This document shows, piece by piece, positions 1 through 9,156 of a stretch of DNA of 16,416 nt (position 1 is the stretch's first letter; the number at the start of each line of letters is the position of its first letter). The translations under genes were made by a program, and so were the position numbers. This DNA comes from Tubiluchus corallicola (taxonomy: Eukaryota > Animalia > Priapulida). Location of the stretch: NCBI GenBank assembly GCA_030141605.1, contig JAQGDQ010001532.1, positions 19,451-35,866 of the forward strand, given 5' to 3'. The notes beneath the pieces were generated by a model that was given only the letters and a program-made list of their open reading frames with translations, was not told the DNA's origin and did no database searches.

Positions 1-1109
1 GTATTGTATGATGGTTGAGTGTTGTTCATGACATTTGAATGATGGAAATAGACCGTATCCGTATATTGTATGATGGTTGAGTGTTGTTTGTGATATTTGA
101 ATGATGGAAATAGACCTTATCCGTGTATTGTATGATGGTTGATGTTTTCATGACATTTGAATGATGGAAATAGACCGTATCCATATATTGTATGATGTTT
201 GAGTGTTGTTCATGACATTTGAATGATGGAAATAGACCGTATCCGTATATTGTATGATGGTTGGATGTTGTTCATAACATTTGAATGATTGAAATAGACC
301 GTATCCGTGTATTGTATGATGGTTGAGTGTTGTTCTTGACATTTGAATGATGGAAATGGACCGTATCCGTGTATTGTATGATGGTAGAGTGTTGTTCATG
401 ACATTTGAATGATGGAAATAGACCGTATCCGTATATTGTATGATGGTTGGATGTTGTTCATAACATTTGAATGATTGAAATAGACCGTATCCGTGTATTG
501 TATGATGGTTGAGTGTTGTTCTTGACATTTGAATGATGGAAATGGACCGTATCCGTGTATTGTATGATGGTAGAGTGTTGTTCATGACATTTGAATGATG
601 GAAATAGACCGTATCCGTATATTGTATGATGGTTGAGTGTGGTTCGTGACATTTGAATGATGGAAATAGACCGTATCCGTATATTGTATGATGGTTGAGT
701 GTTGTTCTTGACATTTGAATGATGGAAATCAACCGTATCCGTATATTGTATGATGGTTGGATGTTGTTCATAACATTTGAATGATGGAAATAGACCGTAT
801 CCGTGTATTGTATGATGGTTGAGTGTTGTTCTTGACATTTGAATGATGGAAATCAACCGTATCTGTATATTGTATGATGGTTGGGTGTTGTTCATAAAAT
901 TTGAATGATGAAAATAGACTGTATCCGTATATTGTGTGATGGTTGAGTGTTGTTCATGACATTTGAATGATGGAAATAGACCGTATCCGTATATTGTATG
1001 ATGGTTGAGTGTTGTTCATGACATTTGACTGATGGAAATAGACCGTATCCGTATATTGTATGTTGGTTGAGTTTTGTTCATGACATTTGAATGATGGAAA
1101 TAGACCGTA
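1..1109. repeat. Minisatellite, 62-bp unit, ~18 copies visible (truncated by window start)
   Basis: Unit RTATTGTATGATGGTTGAGTGTTGTTCATGACATTTGAATGATGGAAATAGACCGTATCCGT recurs at 1, 63, 125 and onward. Confidence 0.97.
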
Positions 1110-1878
1110 GAGTCCAGTTTTGCTTTTATGCATTACTACTACATAAGTGTTTGTGCTGTTTTACTCTACAGTTTGAGATTGAGTCCGGTTTTGCTTTTAT
1201 GCATTACTACTACATAAGTGTTTGTGCTGTTTTACTCTACAGTTTGAGATTGAGTCCGGTTTTGCTTTTATGCATTACTACTACATAAGTGTTTGTGCTG
1301 TTTTACTCTACAGTTTGAGATTGAGTCCGGTTTTGCTTTTATGCATTACTACTACATAAGTGTTTGTGCTGTTTTACTCTACAGTTTGAGATTGAGTCCG
1401 GTTTTGCTTTTATGCATTACTACTACATAAGTGTTTGTGCTGTTTTACTCTACAGTTTGAGATTGAGTCCGGTTTTGCTTTTATGCATTACTACTACATA
1501 AGTGTTTGTGCTGTTTTACTCTACAGTTTGAGATTGAGTCCGGTTTTGCTTTTATGCATTACCACTACATAAGTGTTTGTGCTGTTTTACTCTACAGTTT
1601 GAGATTGAGTCCGGTTTTGCTTTTATGCATTACTACTACATAAGTGTTTGTGCTGTTTTACTCTACAGTTTAAGATTGAGTCCGGTTTTGCTTTTATGCA
1701 TTACCACTACATAAGTGTTTGTGCTGTTTTACTCTACAGTTTGAGATTGAGTCCGGTTTTGCTTTTATGCATTACCACTACATAACTGTTTGTGCTGTTT
1801 TACTCTACAGTTTGAGATTGAGTCCGGTTTTGCTTTTATGCATTACTACTACATAAGTGTTTGTGCTGTGTTACTCTA
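1110..1878. repeat. Minisatellite, 71-bp unit, ~10.8 nearly identical copies
   Basis: Unit GAGTCCGGTTTTGCTTTTATGCATTACTACTACATAAGTGTTTGTGCTGTTTTACTCTACAGTTTGAGATT at 1110, 1181, 1252 and onward. Confidence 0.97.
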
Positions 1879-1901
1879 TCAGTTCATCTGTTTTTCACTA
1901 G

Positions 1902-2119
1902 GATAAGAAAATGACCGACTTCATCTGGTTGGGGGTGCACATGCGAGGTCTCGTCGTCTGTGAAAAACTGGGTGACGAGCGAGTTCCCATGCAACAGTAC
2001 CCTTGGATAGACGTGCAGAAAGTCGCATTCAATAAACGTTTATTTACTCTACACGCGAAGCCGGCGGGAACTCATCTGAAGCTAAAGAAAATGAAGTTTT
2101 ACACCGATTCGTATAAAAA
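1902..2119 (+). CDS. PTPN13: PTPN13-like exon A (internal, 218 nt): FERM domain C-lobe (PH-like F3), DKKMTDFIWLGVHMRGLVVCEK...YPWIDVQKVAFNKRLFTL...KFYTDSYK
   Basis: Acceptor tttttcactAG at 1900-1901 and donor GTgagt at 2120. The translation has the FERM-C pattern (LGV..G..V; PW.....F....F.L; F.TD) and resembles, from memory, human PTPN13 LLGVCSKGVLV...FPWRETKKISF...FQTDNSK. It ends in phase 2 (AA) and joins the next exon (A) to give Lys. Confidence 0.9.
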
Positions 2120-2183
2120 GTGAGTATTTAGGTAATGACGTAAAGTGCCCTATTTGAGATCGGTACAAAACAGTCATAAAGAT

Positions 2184-2668
2184 ATCATCATCATCATCAT
2201 TTCCTCCTCATCACCATCATCATCCTCATCATCATTATTGTTTCCTCCTCATCACCATCATCATCATCATCATCGTTTCCTCCTCCTCATCATTTTCATC
2301 ATCATTTTCTCCCCCTCGTTATCATCATCGTCGTTTTCTCCTCCTCCTCATCATTTTCATCGTTTCCTCCTTACCATCATCATAATCATCATCATCATTT
2401 CCTCCTCCTCCTCCTCCTCCTCCTCCTCCTCATCATCATCATCATCATCATTTTCTCCCCCTCGTTATCATCATCGTCGTTTTCTCCTCCTCCTCCTCAT
2501 CATCATCATCATTTCCTCCTCCTCGTCCTCCTCCTCATCATCATCATTTCTTCCTCGTTATCATCATCATTTCCTCCTCATCACCGTCATCATCATCGTT
2601 TCCTCCTCCTCCTCCTCCTCCTCCTCCTCCTCACCACCATCATCATCATCATCATTTCCTCCTCTCCT
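2184..2668. repeat. Compound trinucleotide microsatellite (CAT)n/(CCT)n, intronic
   Basis: Alternating runs of ATC and CTC joined by TTT/TTTT; it fills most of the 767-nt intron between exons A and B. Confidence 0.95.
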
Positions 2669-2886
2669 GCTCATGGTACTATGGCAACGGCATCTGTTGA
2701 AAAAGATTCTGATTGAAAAGCAAGATATTGTTCCTCTCATTTGAATTTCATCGTGGTTAAACTTCATATTGGAATAAAAAGGTTCTATTGAATTAGTCTT
2801 AAATTATTTTGAATGCAGCAAATGTTGTCATTATTTGTATTGATCAGTTTATGCATGTAAATATTTTCTCTTTTTTTGTTCTACAG

Positions 2887-5052
2887 AGGTCGCTACTTGC
2901 TGTGCATGTGTACTGGTCAGCACACGTTCCAGCTGCGCATGCGAGCACGGCTGGGAACACTGAAGGCCGGAATTCTTCCCGATCACGAGCGACTCGTTGA
3001 CGATGCGGTCGCAGCATCCGTGGAAATGACGGACGAAGGTACGACCGTTACGGGTAGCCTGCGTGACAAGCAGCTAGCGGCGCACGCTACTCAGACGTCG
3101 CAGGTGACTCTGCCCGTCGTTTCCGACAACGCCGCTACCGATGTCGTGGATGTTGCTAGGAAGCAGCAAGATAGAATTTCCGCTTACGTGGTGGACGCGA
3201 GCGTGCATTCCGTCGACCGGGCAGTGACGCCCGATGCGAACGAAACGTTAAGCGACTCCTTGTATAAACGCTTTAGTGAAATTCCTAGTGGCGACAGCGG
3301 GTCGCAAAATACGGCAGTCGTCCGCCTGAAGAAAGACCCACATAAAGGGATAGGAATCACCATCGTAGGTGGCGAAGATGTCGCCTCCGGGAACGTCGTC
3401 GGGATTTTCATAAAATCGGTCATTCCTGGAGGGCTGGCGGACAAAGAAGGAACCCTGGAAGCTGGCGATCGAATACTGACCATCAACGGACAAAGTCTGG
3501 ACGGTCTGCCTCAACACGAAGCGGTCAAATTGATTCAGTCGGCTCCGGACGTTCTAGAGTTTGTCGTGTTGCAACACGTCCACCCGTTTGGGATTCCTCC
3601 GCCCTCGCGGGATTCTGCCAGCAATTCTCCGGCTCGGGAGCGTTCTGTGACCGTTCCCATGGAGACTGCGTCCCGTAAGTCTCCAGACAGAAGCCGCACT
3701 GTTTCAAGTCCACCCAGAATTGCAAATGCTGGCGTGTTTGATGTGTTTGCTGGTGAACGTGGCAAAGATAAACAAAAAACTTTGTTGACAACCGATTTGG
3801 ATGTCACTAGGCCCGAGCGCCAACCCCCGGATCTTGGGGTTATCGAGACCTCTTTTGACGTAGATCCGTACAACTTGGAAGCACTTATTGATCAAACTGC
3901 GGAAGATCTGGAAAGGGAGAGGGCCATCATTTCCGGAGAAAGTTCCTCGGAATCGGCACCGCAGGGCGATCGCAGAAAGAAAGAGAAAACTGCCCCGCGA
4001 CAACTCCTGTTGGCAGACGGCGACAGTCTACGGAGTAGCACAAGTACGGAGTCGGATCATCGAGCGGAAGGGTCCTTGAGTCCGCTGCATCGTCATAATG
4101 CCATGGTCGTACACCGACACAGCAGCAGCTCCAGTGACCAGTTTGTGGACGGTCATCCTGTAGCGTCTCCTCTGAGATTTGCCACTAAAGTACCCTCCCT
4201 GGACAAGCCGTCGCCGGGACACGCGGACTTGCATCCGGTACCTGAACACGGAGATGTGGTCGTGGACCATTTAGCTCCCCGTAAACCAAATACCGCCCCA
4301 AGTACCCCATCTTCAAAATCTGTGGAAGCCGATAAAAACGTCGATGTCGCCGTCGTTGCAGGTGAAAGCGTTGACAATGTAGATGATGCTGATACTGACA
4401 AGGATGACGTCGATGACCTCAATGATGATGATGACGACCACACAACTCTCGATGCGATCCTTGAACGGTGGCAGTTTCCGGAACCGCCAAAACGTGCCGT
4501 TCCAGAACGACAGCGTGTCGCTGATATTGCTGCCGTGGAAACTCGGTCTGCGGAATATTCCCTACAGGAAAGGGATGCGGAAGGCAGTGTAAAAGTAGCA
4601 AAAGACTCAAAGTCGACTTCACTTGCATTTGTAAGCAAAGACGCATCTAGTATCATGCAGTGTACTTCCGAGGAGAATCACCAACTTGTTGTTGGAAGTG
4701 TCAGCCTTTCTTTTCCGCGCCGCGAGTCTGAATCTGTGTCCGAAACAGTGCTGCCGTCTGTAGCAAAAGAAAGTGATTATTTTGAAAGAAAAGATACGCC
4801 GCTTGTACTTTTCAAGGCCGATGGCGACGACACGCTTAGCGATGGCGGAGAAGCTGATGGCGTAACTAGTGGTGAAAATGAATCGAGACCGACAACTGCT
4901 GACAACCATGTCGATGATCGGGCAAAGAAAAAGCGGAGAGTTGACAGCGACGTGCGGCGGGAAGTGGAGGGATTAGTGAAGCTGAAGTACGAAGAGATGG
5001 AACATCGCAGAACAAGCACCCCCGGTTCTAGCGACGCCGACGTTAGCTACAG
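2887..5052 (+). CDS. PTPN13: PTPN13-like exon B (2166 nt, phase 2-2): end of FERM (GRYLLCMCTGQHTFQLRMRAR), PDZ1 (~3317-3574), long acidic/Ser-Pro-rich linker
   Basis: Lies within ORF 2876-5074, bounded by a polypyrimidine tract + ctacAG (2885-2886) and cag|GTttgt (5053). YLLCMCTGQHTFQLRMRAR matches the PTPN13 post-FERM helix (human YLLHLCSYQHKFQLQMRAR, from memory). The PDZ signature reads LKKDPHKGIGITIVGG...GIFIKSVIPGGLADKEGTLEAGDRILTING. The exon is GC/CpG-richer than the flanking introns. Confidence 0.9.
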
Positions 5053-5278
5053 GTTTGTTTTAATTTGTTTCTAAATTTAAAAAAATAGCAAAACCATTGT
5101 TTTTTGGACGTTAGAGAGGGATCAACCGAATAGTGTTGCAACAAAAGTTGAGCAACAGTTAGTCTTATCAGTAAATGAATTGTTGCAGGAAAACTGCCTT
5201 TGGGTGGTTCTTTGTGAAGCATTCTGTTCACAACTACTTCTACTGGTCTACTGGTATGTCTACTCGTCATGGCCAGTA

Positions 5279-5304
5279 GTCGTCGTCGTCGTCGTAATAA
5301 TAAT
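5279..5304. repeat. Short compound microsatellite (GTC)5(AAT)3
   Basis: gtcgtcgtcgtcgtcgtaataataat read directly from the sequence. Confidence 0.7.
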
Positions 5305-5821
5305 TTCGTTTAAGACAATTCCAGGAATAACATCTTAAGTAACTCAGTACTTGCTTCCAAGGTGATCCCCATTGCTATTACCTGCATTTTGCTTCGATGA
5401 ACTTGCATGCTTGCTCGAACAACCAGCGGTACAATTTTTAAGTCTTTTGTCTGACTCGTGCATGAGTCGAACCCGCAATAACGAATTACAAAATCGCAAG
5501 CTGTCGTTTTCAGTTAATTGCATTTACCAGTTCAGACACCAAACGTTGAGAAAAAACCGACTATTACTGTTTACTGTTGATTGTATCTTTTGGATGCTTG
5601 GCTCAGATTTTGTTGTACCATTCTGGTTTAATGTTTCTTTATGTTGAGTTATTCTAGGCTGCTAGTAATTTCTAATTTCTATATTTTTGTGTATCTACTC
5701 CCGTGGAATGTACCGTACTTCTTTACGTGGTTTCCAGAGCATTTTTGTAACACGTAGATTTTATCTAATCCGTTATTTTTCTTCAAGTTCCAACTCTGCA
5801 AACAATAAGCTTTTTCACGCA

Positions 5822-6068
5822 AGCACAGCTGCTATAGGTCAAAGGTTAAATGTACCACACCAGCGAATCTCAACTACAACCGTCATCTGACGTATGTAAA
5901 GCAAAGCCGTCTTGGGCATCAGTTCAGTAACGTCAGTAGCTTTACGTGAAATTTACTTAATTATGCATTGGTCTGTGCGTAGAGTGATTCACTAGCAGGA
6001 TCTTGCTTGGGAACAAGAAAAAATGAACTAGGTAAGGTTCTAGCTAGCTGTTAAAACTTATTATTATT
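5822..6068. mobile_element. Unclassified interspersed repeat (~250 bp), copy 1
   Basis: Collinear with 8653-8918 in the same orientation. Shared blocks are gctRtaggtca, aactacaaccgtca, tgtaaagcaa, agagtgattYactagcag and aaaaatgaacWaggtaaggttctagctagctgtta. Confidence 0.75.
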
Positions 6069-6175
6069 TGTTCACTGTCGTCAGACGCAGTGCCACTGCC
6101 AGTGACCTCTAGTTAAGTAGGGACGATGTCCAGCGTTGCCAGACCAAAGTCCTATGAGACCGCTGCCATTTACTG

Positions 6176-6240
6176 GCAGTGGCCTAGTGATAGCTTGCTG
6201 TTGAGCAACCTCATCTGCAGGTTCAAATTCGCAGCGAGTT
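6176..6240 (+). mobile_element. Possible degenerate tRNA-derived SINE head (Pol III A/B boxes)
   Basis: A-box-like TGGCCTAGTG at 6180 and B-box-like GGTTCAAATTC at 6220, with 40-nt spacing; no full cloverleaf is evident. Confidence 0.35.
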
Positions 6241-6418
6241 TCGTTTTCTGAACATTCTGGGTTTGGCGGTGACTAGATTTTCTTTTCTGTTCAACTTTTA
6301 TGAGCACGGTTTAACTAGTTCGTGAGTTTTAAATGTATTTGTAAATACACAAGTAAACAGAATTTACTGTCATCCAAGGTCAGTGGATTAAGTGTTGTTC
6401 TGACTGGCAGTGCAAAGA

Positions 6419-8030
6419 GAAACTGCTAACTAGGTATTGGGAAGGTTTTGCCTGACGTTGCATTTTTCTACAATGCATTACTGTCATTGAAATTGCTAGC
6501 TAGGTATTGGGAAGGTTTTGCCTGACGTTGCATCTTTCTACAATGCATTACTGTCGTTGAAATTGCTAGCTAGGTATTGGTAAGGTTTTGCCTGACGTTG
6601 CTTTTTTCTAGAATGCATTACTGTCGTTGAAATTGCTAGCTAGGTATTGGGAAGGTTTTGCCTGACGTTGCATCTTTCTACAATGCATTACTGTCGTTGA
6701 AATTGCTAGCTAGGTATTGGTAAGGTTTTGCCTGACGTTGCTTTTTTCTAGAATGCATTACTGTCGTTGAAATTGCTAGCTAGGTATTGGGAAGGTTTTG
6801 CCTGACGTTGCATCTTTCTACAATGCATTACTGTCGTTGAAATTGCTAGCTAGGTATTGGTAAGGTTTTGCCTGACGTTGCATTTTTCTAGAATGCATTA
6901 CTGTCGTTGAACCTGCTAACTAGGTATTGGGAAGGTTTTGCCTGACGTTGCTTTTTTCTAGAATGCATTACTGTCGTTGAAATTGCTAGCTAGGTATTGG
7001 GAAGGTTTTGCCTGACGTTGCATCTTTCTACAATGCATTACTGTCGTTGAAATTGCTAGCTAGGTATTGGGAAGGTTTTTGCCTGACGTTGCATCTTTCT
7101 ACAATGCATTACTGTCGTTGAAATTGCTAGCTAGGTATTGGGAAGGTTTTTGCCTGACGTTGCATCTTTCTACAATGCATTACTGTCGTTGAAACTGCTA
7201 GCTAGGTATTGGGAAGGTTTTGCCTGACGTTGCATCTTTCTACAATGCATTACTGTCGTTGAAATTGCTAGCTAGGTATTGGTAAGGTTTTGCCTGACGT
7301 TGCATCTTTCTACAATGCATTACTGTCGTTGAAATTGCTAGCTAGGTATTGGGAAGGTTTTGCCTGACGTTGCATCTTTCTACAATGCATTACTGTCGTT
7401 GAAATTGCTAGCTAGGTATTGGTAAGGTTTTGCCTGACGTTGCATTTTTCTAGAATGCATTACTGTCGTTGAACCTGCTAACTAGGTATTGGTAAGGTTT
7501 TGCCTGACGTTGCTTTTTTCTAGAATGCATTACTGTCGTTGAAATTGCTAGCTAGGTATTGGGAAGGTTTTGCCTGACGTTGCATCTTTCTACAATGCAT
7601 TACTGTCGTTGAAATTGCTAGCTAGGTATTGGTAAGGTTTTGCCTGACGTTGCATCTTTCTACAATGCATTACTGTCGTTGAAATTGCTAGCTAGGTATT
7701 GGGAAGGTTTTGCCTGACGTTGCATCTTTCTACAATGCATTACTGTCGTTGAAATTGCTAGCTAGGTATTGGGAAGGTTTTGCCTGACGTTGCATCTTTC
7801 TACAATGCATTACTGTCATTGAAATTGCTAGCTAGGTATTGGTAAGGTTTTGCCTGACGTTGCATCTTTCTACAATGCATTACTGTCGTTGAAATTGCTA
7901 GCTAGGTATTGGGAAGGTTTTGCCTGACGTTGCATCTTTCTACAATGCATTACTGTCATTGAAATTGCTAGCTAGGTATTGGTAAGGTTTTGCCTGACGT
8001 TGCTTTTTTCTAAAATACATTACTGTCGTT
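6419..8030. repeat. Minisatellite, 70-bp unit, ~23 copies
   Basis: Unit GAAATTGCTAGCTAGGTATTGG(G/T)AAGGTTTTGCCTGACGTTGCATCTTTCTA(C/G)AATGCATTACTGTCGTT; TAGGTATTGG recurs at 6431, 6501, 6571 and onward. Confidence 0.97.
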
Positions 8031-8317
8031 AAGCGAGAACTTTCTGTACATTGTGGAATCAGTCGGTTGTAAAGTGTCAAGACGTCTATACTAGAATGGG
8101 GCCAATTGTCCATCATTCTTTAGTGGTTGACGGTGCAGTGGGTCAGTAATATGAGATGTCTCTGAGTGACCAGTGGCATTGCTTTCTGTTATTTGTATAA
8201 AAAATATTGAACTAATAAACAGCAATATTTATCAGTTATTTTCCAGCCATTACTTTTGCTTCCCTATCAAAAAGTTTGCAGCTTTTTAAATGACGAAAAT
8301 GTTTTAATTTCACTTAG

Positions 8318-8441
8318 AGAGGAAGACCAGACAATCTCCGCAAGCGAAGATGAGCTCATTCTTGACGAAGCCATACAACCGGGAACCGTGTTTCAGGTGC
8401 GTCTACAGAAGCTGATGGGAAGCCTGGGATTGGCTATTACG
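8318..8441 (+). CDS. PTPN13: PTPN13-like exon C (124 nt): end of linker and start of PDZ2 (EEDQTISASEDELILDEAIQPGTVFQVRLQKLMGSLGLAIT)
   Basis: Acceptor ttcacttAG at 8316-8317 and donor acg|GTgagc at 8442. Its phase-2 start completes AG+A=Arg from exon B. PGTVFQVRLQK..GSLGLAIT matches the PDZ beta1/carboxylate loop/beta2 of PTPN13 PDZ2 (human PGDIFEVELAKNDNSLGISVT, from memory). Confidence 0.88.
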
Positions 8442-8652
8442 GTGAGCTGTTTATTTCAAATTCTTTCCACTAGATGTCACTGTGTTAGTTGCATAAGCTT
8501 TCTGTAGCTCTAGATGATGATAGTCAAGACTATTGTCACTATATTTTTTCTTGGTTTTGTATGTGTTTTTTAAGTTTGTATGTGTATTTGTATGTATATG
8601 TATGTATTATTTTTTGTATGTGTATTACACAGTAAGTTTTTTGCAGTTTCTT

Positions 8653-8918
8653 AGTGCAGATGCTGTAGGTCATTGGCTAAGTATACCACAGCAACATATC
8701 TTAACTACAACCGTCACGTGTTGCGTGTGTAAAGCAATTAGTCTGGCGCATTAGTTCTGTAACTTTAGTTGTCTTACATGGCCTTTACGTAATTATACAT
8801 TAGCTGGTGCGGAGAGTGATTTACTAGCAGCTTTGAGCGAAAAATGAACAAGGTAAGGTTCTAGCTAGCTGTTACAACTAGGTAAGGTTCTAGCTAGCCG
8901 TTCAAATTGTTACTATTA
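8653..8918. mobile_element. Unclassified interspersed repeat, copy 2 (with internal 29-bp tandem duplication at 8847-8904)
   Basis: Homologous to 5822-6068; AACWAGGTAAGGTTCTAGCTAGCYGTT occurs twice, at 8847 and 8876. Confidence 0.75.
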
Positions 8919-9156
8919 CAGTAGCGTGGCCTGAGAGGCATGGTCAAGTGTACACAAACCTTTGACCTCTGGTACACTTAACGATTGATCTTTTCACGAT
9001 CATCATCAATCGTTGGAACTGTGAAAGGGTTATTCCTTGCAACACATGATTAAAGTTTTTCTAATTGCCCTCGAGGTGCCAGTACCGGAAGGTTTTCTGA
9101 GTGCAGTCAACTTGTGTTTGATGGGCCCTTTTGTGCCAGAAAAAAATCATTCCGGA

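Noticed and set aside
148-895. Minus-strand ORFs of 207 and 145 aa
   Set aside because: They are translations of the 62-bp satellite cycling through three frames, with no domain or splice support.
2145-2767. 199-aa poly-S/I/H ORF and antisense poly-E/D ORF
   Set aside because: They are products of the CAT/CCT microsatellite inside an intron whose flanking exons join in phase without them.
1911-5074. ORFs 1911-2123 and 2876-5074 as standalone genes
   Set aside because: Their starts and stops lie at or beyond splice sites, and the FERM domain continues across the 2119/2887 junction.
3184-5270. Many short antisense and off-frame ORFs
   Set aside because: They are shadows of the GC-richer exon B and have no recognisable motifs.
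6176-6240. Functional tRNA gene
   Set aside because: Only A/B-box-like motifs are present; I could not build acceptor and anticodon stems.
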